The notes under the pieces were generated by a model. That model was given only the letters and a program-made list of their open reading frames with translations, was not told the origin of the DNA and made no database searches. From Zygnema circumcarinatum SAG 698-1b (lineage: Eukaryota > Plantae > Zygnematophyceae): DNA of 64,000 nt. The stretch lies in NCBI GenBank assembly GCA_037447605.1, contig CM074808.1, positions 2,046,001 to 2,110,000 on the forward strand. Reading direction: 5' to 3'. The position numbers and the translations under genes are program-made. This document shows, piece by piece, positions 22,810 to 37,800 of the stretch. Position 1 is the first letter of the stretch. Each line of letters opens with the position of its first letter.

Positions 22810-25800
22810 ATGTTGGGAAATGTGGAGAAATACGTATTGACCCCGGTACGTTACTGTGGTGCTTCTTGCTTCCAACTAGCTCGTCATGCCATCCTCCCTC
22901 GATTCAGATCTGTAGCATTTGTGCTATTCGCAGCGCCCTTAGCTGAACCATTGGAAGATCGTCTTCCTCGGCATTTCACAGATTGTCTTGCGAGTTGCGA
23001 GGAAGTACATTAAGGACGCGGAAGGTGCAGCTGCATCTGATCTTAGAGTATCTATATCGGGAGGCTCTGTGGTCTTCAGAAACTTTGAGCTCAATTTAGA
23101 AGGTCAGTTTTTCTGGAATATGGAACTCCTTTTCATATATATATAATTTTTTTATTTTCAGTTTTAAAAAAATTAACTCTTTTTCGGTGCACCTTGCGTG
23201 AACTAGTAAGGCTGCACCCACAAGTAATAATCACAGGAATCACTGATAACCGAGCACTTAATCGAGAGCTCATCCGCTTTGAGAAATATGTATGTTCGCA
23301 TTACCTTGCTTTTCGCTTAAACTGCAAATTCAGTGTCTACAACGCTTTCCTGTTTTCAGAGATCGTAAAGGGCCTGCCTTTCTCTATTGTACGAGCGTTT
23401 GCTCGAGAATTGCACGTGAAAATACCATGGACGCGTTTGACAACAGAGCCAATAGAGGTTATTCTGGATACGGTGGAAGTTGTATTCAAAGATGGAACCC
23501 CTGGAAGTGGGACGAGCAGAGAGGATGGCCCTGCTGTTGTCGAAGATACAGCAAGTGGGGAAGCTACTACAGTTTCCGGTGAGGAGTAGCTGCAGACCCA
23601 GTGAGCTACCTGAGGATTTATAGACGTGAATGACAATTGCTGGCCGATTTTGTCTTGTTTTCCACTGTCAGGGTTTTGTATCTTTCTAGCTTGAAACCAT
23701 TTTCTGGCAGTTTATTTTAAAATTTGAAATTAGTTTCTGTGGTTAACGTTCTCTTTTTCCCTCGTGTCATGGTCCACTTGTGTGTCAAATATAATTTGTT
23801 CGTAAAGCTAGATAATCTTGATGACGGAATATGTTGTATATTTGTTTGTTTGCAGGTTTGAGCGACAGAGACATTGGAGCAGGGTGGATAGGTACCCTCC
23901 TGAAGCAGGCTGTGGCCAATGTCACTGTTCGTGTGAACAACCTTGTGTGCAAGTATCTTATGCCCGGAGCAGTTGTATCTATTTCTTGTGACTCCGCCGT
24001 AATGTACTCAGTTGATGAGGAGTGGAGTAAGGGGTTTTCGGTACGTGGCCTTTGCCAGTGTCCACCTTTTTCGTGGATCTGTAAACCACAATCATGCCGC
24101 GGACAATTGCTAATTTGCTGAATCTTCTTCAGGTAGCCTTGCAAGTTTTTTTTTTTTTCATTAAACAGATAGATTCGACGGCTTTTTGACCTGTCAATAT
24201 CTGTTCTGTGCGTCACCAGTCTCCCCTATCAGTTTTTGTCATCAGCATACGAAGTTGACGTTTCTTTTGAGGGGAAGAAAAAAGCAGAGACATTTTGTAC
24301 AATTGTTCATGTGTACATGTGCACCGTTCAGGTTCAATGGCCTATTGCAAAGGCTAAGCGAGGCAACCTCATGAGGTCGTCCATGTGGTTCTTTTGTGGG
24401 TTGTCAGGACTTCGAAGATGGAATTCGCAAAGTTGGAGAATTTACGAATATTGCTATTTGCTTGGATGAACTTTCAGCAGATGGCAAAGTTGTCAACTAT
24501 TATGGTGAGCAGCTTGGCATATTGCACTTGCATATCCCCAAGGTTTAAATCCATGGCTTTCTAGCGACAGAACCTTTCTTTGAAATATTTCCTATCGCCA
24601 GTATGTCAGCTATCCCTTCTAGATTACTAAACGGCTAAGTCCAGCAGATTCTATTCTCGTTAGCAGGAAAGTTAGTTGTTTTTTGACGTTGTTAGCACCT
24701 GTGGTTTTGAGACTTGTTACTTGATTTTGATTTGTTTGATTGTTCAGATCCAATTTTACGAACTACATCTGTCACAAGTCACGTTTCTTTCATGCCAGCC
24801 AGTGAAAGTCAGAGACAAAGAGGCATCCTCGATGTCCGTGTGCAACCCGTTGAATTGTCGCTTAGCAACTCCCAGATGCAGTTCCTCAAACAACTTTCTG
24901 CAAATTTTCGAACATCTCATCGCCCTCCTCCTGGTGGCACAGAGCGAGGGAGAGGAGTGCCCAAAATAGAGAATGCTCCAGAAAACGGCCGGCTTGAAGC
25001 CACTACTGAAAAATCTGTAATTCAGAATTCAGCAGCTGATAATAGTGCCGATACTCCTAAGGTTGGCACTTCCGCCCTTGGATGGGCTTGGAGATTTTTT
25101 TCGGACGAGGAGGCAACAAGCCCATCTCTCACTGCGGATGAGTTAAGCCAAGTTGCGTTGGAAGAATTGGAAGCAGGAGTGGCCGGCTTCAATTTCGAAG
25201 CTGGAATGGAGCTACTGCTACAGATTAAACTTATGGGGGGTCTTGTTAAATTTTGCTTTGAGGGACCTTCTGCTCATGGAAGATATGCTGAGTGGAAGGA
25301 TGGGACAGAGACTCAGGCTGGAGAGAAATCTGTGAATGCCAATGGGAAAGATCTCAGGGTAGCATCTAAAGAACCATCAGAACAACATCAACAAAGACCG
25401 GATGTTTTCATTCCAAGTCAGGCTTTGTTTGATAGCCTTCAACAAGAGCCTGCTGTAGCCAGAAGTCAGCCTCAAGGTTTGCAGACGAATTACATGCTGG
25501 AATGGTCCCATTTAGAGTTTGATGCGCATCTCAATGGGGAAGGTCTGCAGTCGGCCTCTTTCAGGCTAATGAAGCTTTCTCTTACAAAACCTGGGATAAC
25601 CACTGACACAGTTTTTGGAGTCTACCCTCGTAAAGGAGGGCATAGCTCTGACGAAGCTGGTTCAGGTTCTATTAGTCGACAACCATCTAGCACGGCAGAA
25701 AGTCTTTCCCCACTCGAAGGTGAAGTGGCATCTGAAGAGCATGGAATCTGGCTATCTCCTGCACATGCATTCGAGGAGATGCTTGGGAAGTACACAGGAG

Positions 25801-28800
25801 CAGTGCAGGTTGGCTGGTGGCGTGAAAAGAAATTGCGAGAAGTCTGGGGAAGTGGGAAGATGGGAAACGGTGCAAGCAGGGACAGGGAGTTTACTGACGA
25901 CATTCCTGTCCTTGACATGGTTGATAAAAAGAACTTCTTCTTTGCTGTAGGTAGTGTGGTGTTGGGGCTAAAATCTCAGCTTTTAACGGACTTGCAGACG
26001 TTGTTCATGCATCCACATGTTGTATCTGACTTAACAAAAGAAGAGTCGGAGTGCGCAAGCGAGCATGTCAGAAATGAAATAACGCGTTCGGAGAGGTTGC
26101 GCGAGAGTTGGCTGGGTTTGGGCGAGTTGTTTCAATACGACAAGTTTCAGTTAGCTATGGAAAGCTGTTTGCTCTCAATATACGCAGACACTGCGGAGCA
26201 AGTTGCAACAATGACAGTGAGCATCAATGATGTTAAGGCTTGGTTGACACCATTTACTCTGAGACCGGCTATATCCCAGAGCTTTACTCCCCCTATTCTG
26301 CAGTGTTCTTTGGCTGCCTTCCAGCTATCGCTATCTGAGAACGTCAACAAGGTACTTTCCTATTCGACTTCACCTCTACGGGACTACTATTGCAGCATAA
26401 TGATATAGCAAAAGGCTCTCTTTTTAGCGGATACATTTTGCCAGCTCAGACATGCAAATTTGAAGTGCTAGAACAGGTAAGCAAGTGCATGAGTGCTCAC
26501 GCCTTTGAACGTTCTCGCCAAAGTTAGATGCTTCTTTGCTGAAAGAAACTCCAGGTCGAGAATGCAGTGCGGTTTGCAGTGCATGCAGTTTTTTCTAACC
26601 CATGATTGCGTGTCATCTGTAGGGAGCTATGCAGCCTATGATGGAGCCCCTTGCCATCCGAGCCTCCTTCCAGTGGGAAGCAGACGTGGACCTTCCTCAT
26701 GGAAGGGCCGCATTGTTAAAGGCCAGCTTTCACGCGGATGAATTGTCGTTCAGGATGAGCGACTCGCATTGCAGAGTCATGTTTGCGATTATCGACAGCT
26801 ATGCTTCAAACTTTGGAGGATTGAATCTGAACATGAGGTTTCCTGCCTTTGATATTCATAGAGGTACTCTGCTGTTATTGGTTTTGTCGTCAAGATGAGA
26901 CAAGACTGAATAATTTCTGTCTCATATCACTTATGATGTAATTGTCCGTCAATGCTACTGTTGCATTTTGGATGCTGCTGATTTGGTGTTTGGTACTCGG
27001 ATTAGTCGCATTTGATATACAGAAGGCAAGGCAGCTTTGGATTGGAATGCAGTCTGGTTTCACATCCTCACTGCAACCTAATGTGCAGGCCATTTGCTCG
27101 AACTCCAGCTTCACAAATTATCCGCTCGTTGCAGTGTGGATCCAACTTGGGCTGTCAATTTTGATTCCTTCGAGATTAGCTCCTGTGCCATGCATCTTCT
27201 TGGCATAAGGTGGGTCCATACTCATTGGCAGTAGAGTGAGTACTTTGGAAAGTAATTGGTTAGTTTGGAACAAACACAGCCCAGTGGGCTGTGTGTTTGG
27301 GTTCGTCAACAGTGGAGTATACATCGGTTTTCTCGACTTCCTTGTCATAAGCATCAAAGTTTTACATATAGATGGCAAGGTGAAATGGAAAAATTTCACC
27401 TTTTTTTTTGATGACCTCAATTCTTCCCTAGTCTCTGTTTCATGTGAGCAGAGCGTGCTTTCCCTTTTTTTTTCTTTCTTATCTATTGCAATGTTGCATA
27501 GCCGTCAAAAAAACTTCTCTTTAAGTCAGACTCATTCGTTTTGTATGCACAGGTTTGACTGCTCTGCCACTGCAAAGACAAGTTGCGGATTTGCCATTCG
27601 ATTCACCGACGGGCCATCCCAACAAGACTGGGCAGCTGGAAATTTTAGAAAATGTGATCTGGCTGTTGGCCTCGTAAAATTGTCAGTTTCAACAGCATCT
27701 CTTGAATATGCTGCACATCTTTTTATGCTAAACGTCGCCGTCGTATTTCAATTTATGGGTCTCGTTGCCTTGCCCAACTCCTCCCCTAAGCAGCCCCAGC
27801 AACCACAATCCGTCTCCATGTACATAGAGACAGTGAAAGTGGAACTTGAAGTGCATATCATTGACGATGCGAGTACTGAGAGCTTACCTGCGACTCCTCT
27901 ATTTGGACTGCCAGCTTGTACCTTCGAGTTGCAAAGTTTTCAACTGTCTTCAAGTCCTATATCCAAGTTGATGGCGTGTGCTGGCAAGCAGGAAGAGAGT
28001 GACCATCTACCTGATGCAGATTCTCAACTTTCTGGAAACTTACCTGATTCAGAGATCGAGCTTACAATCAGAACAGTGTCTCTAGTTCTCGGAGTCTCTT
28101 TGGTGAGCGGCATTTCACCTCTCCATTCTTTTGGCCATGTAACACAGCTCTGTCCTTCTAGTGAACCTCTCCTCCTTCAGCTTCCGTGAGATGCTTTTCA
28201 TCAGCTGAGGTTGTGGAAGAAAGCAGTCATCTTGACCGCATTTTTTTCCACATTTATACGAACGACAATCTAACTTGTGGTTTTTGTTCATTCATTGACC
28301 AAGTCCAAGCGACCAATTTGGTGTTTTATCAAACTCGCGAACGGTATGATGTCCTCACCGTTACTCTGTTTGAATGGGATCAGGCTGGCCAGTTGCATAT
28401 CGTGGATGACTTCCTGTTCCATGCAACAAATATCCAAGTCTCGAGAACGAGGATGCAGCAACAGAGTGTTAGCAATGTCAGCCCAGTACTTCCAGTCGCT
28501 CTCTCACGTGAGGTTAGTCTTCCTATGAAACATGCACATGATTTTGCATGCTTCAAAAAGATATAGAAGGCAGCTCATTCGGAGATGGTTGTGCGCAGGC
28601 CCATCATTAGAGCAGGACTGATAATGAAGGTAACACAGTACGGCCTACACGTTTATGTAGATGTATGGATATCTACGTATGTATGGGATGTTTGGTTTGG
28701 ACTTAAGTTTGTCGTGTGTTATTTGGGCTTAAGAACTGCGGGTAAACGAAGGACAATTCAATTAGTTCTCCTGTCTTTCACTGTATCCCGGGGTGTCACT

Positions 28801-31800
28801 CTATTTCACTTCTTCAGTATAGTGTATTACTTTTGATTCCTGTTTCCGAACGTCAGTAAATCTCCTTCTGATCTGGTTTTTTTTTGCTTCTTCATGGAAC
28901 CCTGGACCATTGTTATTGATTGAGCCGGTCGTTAGCACATCCATTGTGTTGGTGTCCTTACTTGAATAAGCATATTGGTGTGCTTGCAGACCATTGATCT
29001 TATAGTCGAAGAAGTTGCGCTCCATCTTACACGATCCCAGCACGTTCTGCTTCTCAGCTTCAGCAGAAATGCTCTGTCTGCGGTCGAAGCCTCGAGAAGG
29101 GTGCTGACCGGTGATGTAGAGAGCAGTTTCCTGGGCTCCTTTCCTCCTTTTAACAAAGCCAACTCTTTAGATGAGCATGCTGCCGAGTTGCCCAGCCTGC
29201 AGCAGGCAGCGGTTTGCTTGAAGAGGGTGTGCATTGAAATAGACTTGTGGCGAGACCACCTTGACTACCCTTTGAGCAGTCACTTGGAAGCTCTAAAATC
29301 CTCAAACCCCTCATCCTCCTCATCCTCGTCTTCGTTACTCATTATTGACTTCCAAAATGTTTCATTCAACGTTCTGAGCAAATCTGGAGGACTATTGCCA
29401 GTCAGAGACCGAGGCACTTCATCCAATTCAGGAAGCCTGCCTACTTATCGCACAACTAGAGAGGCCGAACTCTCCATTCAGCAGTTTGATGTCTGTACAC
29501 GTAGGAAAAACTGGGTGACTGGAGTAGAACCCAAAACTGATTTCGACAATTCAAGCAAGGATACATTGTTTTCAGAGACTAGTGGGACTGGCAGCTCAGA
29601 GGATACCTCATTCGCTGCGAGCATTGCTGTGGAAAACTCGTTCAGTACATTTTACATTGCCCGGTCCATGCTCCCGGGAGAAGTGCCTTCAGCCGGCCCA
29701 TTGGCAGCGAGCCTTGTGAGGGCTTCATGGGCCTTTCAGGACGGAGAGGCGGTGAAGGCTCAAGCTGAGTTTGGCCCTGTGGATTGTCGCATTGACGCGC
29801 AGCTCGTAGAAGAGGTGGGTGCATTTCCCTACTTATGTCTCTCCCTGCCTCTATGTTGGATCTACCTGCTTGACAGTCAGTTTTTGGCTGCCAAATGGTG
29901 TTGCCATTTGGAGCTTGCAGGTGGTTTTGTACGAACCTTCATAGGGTCAAGCCTAGGCGAGCTGTTAATTTTACTAAATGCATTGGTTGTCCAACTTTTG
30001 TACCTGTCGATGATGCTTCTCAAGGCCTCGTATGCTGCAGCCTTCAATTCTCCGCTTAAGACCCAGTGTTTTTCCTTAGATGCTCGGCAGAAACACAAAG
30101 TGAGGAAGCAATCCAAATGTTGTTTGAAGTCTTGTGTGTGTCCAGGTTATCACTGTGGTTTGGGAGCGCCGGAAGGGTCTGCCAAAGACGGCAGGACTGG
30201 ACGTTCTACCTCTTACTGTGAATGCACGGATTGTAGCACTCTTGTTTCGACTGCAGATACTCCACTCGTTTGAAGCATTTGAGCGCGGAGTCGGAGATGA
30301 TGCGATCGCCCTTGTGTTCACTGCTGAGCATTCCATTGGGATTCTGCATGACAACCTTGAAGCTGATGCACGCCAATGGACCGGTGTTCATCAAGGGAAG
30401 AGTCCGGGAATCATGGATATGCACAGCCTTGCCGTGCAATCTTTTGACTTTTCCGTGGTCGGTTGTGAAGCCACACTTGTAGGACCTAGATATCCTGTCC
30501 CTGCGTCGTTGCATCCTCACAGTGATCTTCACTTTGCTGGCCACATTTTGGCCTGCTCAGGCCCCATAGTCATTGACATTGACACAAGAAATCTCCCTCT
30601 CCACGTGTTACCATCCTTGGGTGGTCCATTGAAGGCTCTACTACTATCCACGTCAAATGCATGGAGCAATACCTGGCCACTTAGGCAGCGGTGTGCAGGG
30701 CCTGCATGTCCGAGTGACGATTTACGTTCCGGAGCATTTTCAAAAGCTCGAAAGCTGGAGCAACATGTACAGCGAGGACGGATAATATGGGGGGATACTC
30801 CAATTTCATCTGAAAGGGAAGCACTGTTTTCTGACTGTGAAGGTGGTTGGATCATTTGGCGGTATTGTCCTTTTCCTCTGCCCCAATCTGCTACAATCGA
30901 CTTTTTTATTTCAGATGTGAAGTTGTGTGTGATCTGTCGAATGGTTAGTGGCATCGATTTACAGAAATCTTTAGGAGCACAAGACATTCAAGACATAAGG
31001 CATTGTATAGTTTGCTTTCTGTCCTGTTCTCACCCTTCATTGTGGGAATGGCTATTCGTGAGATTACTTCTTAGCAACCCAGAGATTCACTCCCCCGGCT
31101 CTCCCAACTTGCTCTGACAGCGGATAATCTTTGTGGTGCAGATATCCATTCAGTCGTGCAGTTTCTGAAGCGTATGTGCAAGGCAGCCTATTTTCCCGAC
31201 CTTCACCCTCGAGTCCTACAGTCATTCTCAGGCTGTGCTTTTGGGATAGAGCATCTCGTAGCTGGAGTGATGCAGGGCATGTTTTTGTCACAGCGTTTGA
31301 TAAGTCATTGGTTATCAAGCCCGAGCCGCAGGTGGAAGCTGAAGAATGGCGTTTATCATGGATTGCTGACTTCGAAGGTTTAGAAGTTTCGGACTCTGAG
31401 AGGACCTCAGTCTTGTTGAAGGCTGCAGAGATTCTAAAGCTGTTGCAAATAAATCCTCGAGGTGGACCAAGGAGTGCGTCTACAGACCCGTGTAGCAATA
31501 TCATGCCATTCATTCATATCGCATTATCTGCCGATGAACTTCGTGCATCTTATTTAGAAGGAACGGATGCTGACGAGGGTTCAGACGCTGCTGTAGTCGT
31601 AGTTGGAGAGGACGTTCTAGTCGGTTGCCACTTTTGGAACTCAAGTAACTGGCTGATGTCAGCCAAGGGATCCTTCTGTGTCGAATACATGGACACCTCC
31701 AGCTACACATATGTAAGTAACGAGCTGCGTTATAAGATTTGGCCCCTGAAAACTTTGGAATAGAGTGCACACCCATTTCTGCAGCTGAAGTGATCAGAAC

Positions 31801-34800
31801 ACAAGTCAGTCATATGCAATGCTCTGCACTAGAGGCTCATTGACTCCTGGAGAGTGGCAAAAAAGGAAACGAAGGGGACAGCGAACAGAGGGTTCCAATG
31901 GGACACCGTGAATTCTTTCCATCGCTACGTGAACTAAACGAGGCACAGTATGTGAAATTGAGTTGCTTGTCTTGTGCTTCTCACAAGCAGAACATATACC
32001 AGAAGCAGAAGGTGGATGTAGCCTTACAGTGCCCGTCTATTGTGTGGCAGGAAACCTTGGTCGAAGCGTTTCAGTTGGAATGCAGCATTAGCAATCGAAG
32101 GATTGTTCTCCGTGATGGAGAACAGATTGACTCGTCATCCGATGAGAACTTGCAGCGTCCGATTCCTTTGGACTTCGATCCTATGGCACTGCAACCAGCT
32201 CCTCTTTGGGATGGTTTAACTTGTCATATGCGTGTAGACCAGGAGGTGACTGTACGGCTGCAGGAATCGGGTATGCGAGAAGCTCAAATGATCATCAATC
32301 GTTTTCTGTGTGGCGATGCATCGCCAATCCGTGATGTGGGTGGGCTTCAAAGCGAAGCTGATACAATAGCCCGATCGCAAAACTGGTTTATAAGAGACGA
32401 GCAGCAGGCAGGTTATGAAATCGAGAATGCTTGCCCCTTCCCGCTCGCATTTGGCCAAGCCGGTGTTTCTGAATTGATCGTTATTCCAGGTTTCCAGCTG
32501 TACACATACTCCTGGAGGGCTCCTCCATCCCTTCTGCCTTCAGCCTCAAAACAGATCCGTGTTTGTTTACCTGCTTTTGATTTAACCTCCGAGGAAAGCA
32601 AACGTTATTTTGCTGGTGTGGTTCAGCATCCATGGCCTGAGCAGGACTGGTGTGAGCCATTTTCAGTTGATCGAAGTTGCAACTTGCATCGCATGTTGCG
32701 ACTGGATGGGTCGCATGAAGTTATGATTGTTGTTCAGGTTCAGAAGCAAAGATCCTTGAAATGGCGTATCAGTTTGAGGCCATTTTGCCGCCTTGTCAAC
32801 AGGACTGCGAACAAGCTGCCTGCTCAAATGAGGGGTTTCTTTTTGACACATAGTAGTATGCCAAAAACAGTGGCTGGAGTACACAATACAGAGGATTTGG
32901 AGGCTGGAGAAGATGGCGTTGTAGCGTTTGCTCTGCCACGCTTTGACCAAGAGGTTAGTGGGAGCAGAGGACAGGATGTTGTGTGTGTGTCAAGGATACG
33001 GGAGGCCAACGAGCGTGACTCAGGTAAAACTAGCAGGCAAATGCGAGTTTTCCTCGATGGAAATGGGAAACAAGATTGGTCGGCTTGGGCCAATGTCAAT
33101 GACCCACAAAGTATGGACTCATCGTTTGAAAGCATTCACCTTCTAAGTGTAGATGGGTGTTCTGAATGGCCGGATTGTGAGACGCAGATGCGTTCCAAGA
33201 GGCCCTGTGTATGGCTTCAAGTTCTAGGTCCTAAGGAAGAAACTGAAGGCCAGATAACGTTCACCATTTGGCCGCTGTTCTTCTTTTACAATGGACTTTC
33301 TGTGCCAGTCGATGTGAAGCTTGATCGGAGTGATGGAACTTCGCATACATATAATGTCGATAAAGAAAAGGAGTTTGCGTTGGAGGTGGGGGCTTCTGAT
33401 GTGGACCGAATAGCGTGTAGGTCATGTTTGGGCATGCTGTGGCCAGCTACCAACTCTAAAGATGTTTCTTCGGAGAAGGAAGGAGAGAAAACCGAAGGGA
33501 GGAAGCGGAACATTGCCAACGTTCGTGGAAGTCAGGACTTCAATATGGACGAAGGCTGCATGTGGTCATCGTCACTAAGGCTCACGGCATGGGGTCCCGA
33601 AGAAGAGCCGTCCAACACCTTGAGGCATGGGTTGGAAGTTCCGGCAGTAGGACAGCAGCGGACTCTTCAGCTTGTTTCAACGAACGGTCAGGACACACGT
33701 GTAAGTCATCTTCTAAACATGAAAATTTCCCCTTCTGGATTTCAGTTTTTTTGTAAAACTTATGACCGTTGATACTAAGATTTTCTCCTCCTGGATGCCC
33801 TTTGCCCTCTGTGTGAATTTCTTACATTTTGTGATTTTCCAGGTTCTTTTTCCAACGCTTTCCTGCTCTGAGCTGACGTCGAAAGTAAGCCCTCCTTCAT
33901 CTCACAATGTTGGTGCATGCTGGTGGCGGACCTGCAGGTCCTTTCCTGCGCCCTAGTATCACGCATATACAACGATGGTGTTCCATCAGTCCTCCTCTCT
34001 GTACTGCCCTTCGCTGTTCTCCACAACCACCTGCCTGTGGAGGTGGCTGTTGCTGCCGATGTTCTCCGTGGGGACGCTTCCATGTCAGCCGCTGCAGGTC
34101 CTGGGGAGAGAGTCCCCTTTGCATGGCATGGCACGGATGGTCGGCGAATGCCCGCCCGCAGAGCCCGCCTTGGTGTGCGCTTTGGGTTGGAAGCAACGGT
34201 TGGCAGCGGCCCTGGCAAGGGGGGGGGTTCGGCGGAGGGAAGGGCCGAGAAGCCCAAGCTCAGCAGTGGGGGGTGGGCTTGGTCGGCACCGCTAGCAGTA
34301 GATGTAGCGAGCACCCACGAAGTTAACATTTTAGCAGTATCTGAAGATGGGCCCATGGAATGTCGCTTCCTCGTACGCATCTCCATTGTGAGGTAGTGGC
34401 ATTGCAGAACGTTTTATAACTCAGGGTGAATTAGATTGGAGTAAAGTTGGTTTTCTTCGCTAGTTTAGTCTCTGTCTGGAAGACATTTGAAGTACTCATG
34501 TATCGTTTGACATTCCCCTTTCGACTCCTAAGTCGTGTAGAGTGATGTGATCTGCAAATGGCCTTCTTTTGAGTTAACGAACAGGCAGAAAATGCTGGAA
34601 AAGCAGTAACATGAGTGATTTTGCGTGTTTGCAGGTCGAACGATGGGACGCCGGATGGAGTACAGGCGACTGGCTATCAGTGCTGTTACTTGTCTGTGTA
34701 CCCTCAAGTGATTGTTTCGAACCTGTCAGGTTTCAACCTTCGCTTGTCTGTGGGGGATGTGAGCTCTGGACCAGCAGCTTCGTCACCTCTTCCTGGTCGA

Positions 34801-37800
34801 GCTGCTCTTTTGGTTTGTGAAGATGGAACACAGCTCGCACCATTAGTGGCGTTTCCGAGGGGACAGGGTAGCAAGTTTCCTTCAGAATCAAGTCAGCGAC
34901 TTGATGGTATCTCGCTAGATTACATTGTTCGCTTTGCTAGGATGAATGTGGAAAGCCGAGAATCAGCCCAAACTGAGCAAGATGCGGATTTTGGATGGTC
35001 AAACCCATTGGCGCTCTCGAAGTTCTCCCTTGGTCAAAGGTTATTTCTTCCAGGTGGGAGTGAAGCTTCTCACGAGCTTCTGCTGACCTGTAGCGTTCTC
35101 ATTTCTAATCAACAAATGCATTTGCTTATTTTCCACGACAAGCAGCCCCCTTGTATTCTTATCAACAGTACAACTCTTCCTCTAGAGGTGTGCAGTGCCA
35201 CGGGGGACGGGCCAGTTGCTTTGGTTGCCCCTCATGCAACTCTGGACTATGATTGGAGTTCGGGAATAGATATGGGAGACGAAGATGGCAGTGGAAATGC
35301 TGGAAATACAAATCTGCGCTCTGACTGGTTTCGTAGGGATGCCTCTACCGGAGCTGAAGGGGGTTATGAACAAGTCATGGACGATGCCCTTCTTCAGCAT
35401 ATGAAACGTGAAGAGGAGATCATTTATCTTTTGGTCCGACCAGCTGGCTATGACTGGTCAGATCCAATAAAGCTTGCACCCTCCTCCGGTAGGGTCAACT
35501 ATTGTGAGCCCATAGGGAGGGCAGGTGAGATGTTGGCTCTGAATGTCCAGGTGCTGCAGCAAGGTCCAACTTTCTTTGTGCAGCTCGAACCTGCCCAAGA
35601 CATGAAGTTGAATGGTTGTGAGCCGCAAGTGAGCTCATCATCTGTGCCTGACGGTGGAAACAAGATGACAGTTCACTTGGCAGTTGAAAAGCTCCGTCTT
35701 TCAATATGGGACGATCAGAAGCCTGGAAGAATGAGCGGTAGAGTCTTGGACGGCGTAAATACGAATGGTGGAGATGACACTGTTACAGCGGAGGTTGCGG
35801 TGTTTAGCATAGAGACCCTAAGGGTGAACTTGTTCTCAAAAGTGGAGGTGCCTCCTTTGTTTCTTCCTCCAATTTCTTCCATTGAAGGCAGTATTAGTGC
35901 GGGCATTATTCAAGTTGACAGCCTTCTGGAGGATGCCGAATTTCCTGTTATCCTCACCAGCGATTTTTCGTCTCAGTTGGATCCTTCCATAGGCATGCCT
36001 TCGGGGAGAGGTGTGGTAGAAAACTCATCTGATAGCCCAGCATTTCAAATCAAATTGCAGATTTGCAGACAAGAAGGGGTCACTGGTGCCCCTTTAGTTT
36101 GGTTGAATAGATTAACAATGGAACTTCGTCCCCTCCTCGTAAACGTAGACGACTCTCTCTTGTCTGCTGCTCAGAGGCTTCAAGAGTCCTTTGTGGCAGT
36201 AGCTCAAAGCGGAAGCAATAACAGAGTCGGCCATCACACTGGCAGGGCTCGTTTGGCTGAACCTGGAAATGGGGCAGAGCTTGTTCCCAGTCGCAAAGGA
36301 GATCTGACACTCGCAAGACCAAAATTCTTCCTTGGCCATCTTGAAGTGAGCAAAATTAGCCTGTTTGTCACTGCACACGTCTCTCAGCCGTGGGTTCTTC
36401 ATACCAACCGTGCATCGGTCCGTCTGCCCTCACTTCAGCTCAACCGGCTTCTTTTTCCTCCTCTGGTTATCTTCCGTGGCTTGTTGGCCCACTACGTGAC
36501 TGAAGGCATTCTGAACAACCTTCATGTTTTGGGTTCTTTAGACATCATTTTTAATCCCGTTGGTTTGGTTAGGAGAGTGCAAGCAGGTCTCCGAGACTTG
36601 GTAGTCTTGCCCTTTGAGGGCTCTCAGGTTGGACCCCATGGCTTCCTCCTCGGTCTCGGACAGGGAGGAGCATCTCTGTTCCGACACATGTCATATTGGA
36701 CACTCAGTTCAATTGCTGGTTTTAGCTCTACCCTTGCTCGAATCTTGGAACGTACTTATACAGGGGGGCCACATAGACTTCCTTTCAGAGCTGCTTACAG
36801 ATTAGGGCAAGAGCCGGCAAGGGGAGCTGTTGTCGTCACTCCTAGTCATACAACAGGCTCGGGAAGGCGGAAAGGACTGCTGGGAGCTGGGAAGGTGAAG
36901 CTTTTCGTTCCTTTGTCGACAGTCAGTTGAAGCTTTCATGATTTTGAAAAGCACCTATGGTGGCTGCTCGCCTATGTTCTGGTTTTGCATTGAGTTAATT
37001 GCCGTTCATGCTCGCAAGAGTTTTCTCAAGTTTTCATCAACCTGATGTAGAAGCGTGTCCGTAAAACAGCTTTTCTGCCATGGTTCTCTCTCTGCGATAG
37101 CTGCTCAAAGACCTTAGGAATGGGGTGTAACGGTTGCGTGTTTTTTAATAACTTGTTCAACCTGATTCTTTGGAGAAGTGACTGTCCTTCCTTTGCTGAT
37201 CAAGTAAACATCACGTTTGCATGGGAAGCTAGCTCATGACTTTTGAAATGTGCATATGCAATTGCAGGGGTTAGTAGGTGCAATAGCTGTCCGCGTGAGC
37301 GGAGCTCTGCAGCTTGTTGCGTACACATCGCAAGGTCTCTTGGGGTCGAGTGACGAGCCTGTGCAGCGAGTGTCATCAGTTCGTAGTTCACTTGCCGGCG
37401 AAGAAAGAAGTGATGAGCAGTACGGGAAGGTACGCAAGCGCAAGAGACGGAAGTTGGCCCTCCTTCATCGCTACGCATCTCGGAGTTCAGCAGGACGCTT
37501 CAAGCGCCATATCCTTGGGGGCACCTCTGAAAGGTGGGCCGATCAAACTTGCAGAAAAGCTGCCCAATGTTGAACTCTTTGCCAACGTCTTTCGTCCTGT
37601 CAGTGGGTCTGAGAGCATCTTAAGCTCCAATTTTCCGTTTGCCAAGCACTTAATGTTGAAGGAAGAAGTTCATCCAGGTCTTATGATGGGGTTGTTCATG
37701 ATCGTTTTCTCTCATATTGTTCCTGGTCTGTCATTTATTTGCAGGTATTTGAGCCATCTGGAATTGGCGGCAGCAGTTCTGACAAGCCCAGGACAAGTCA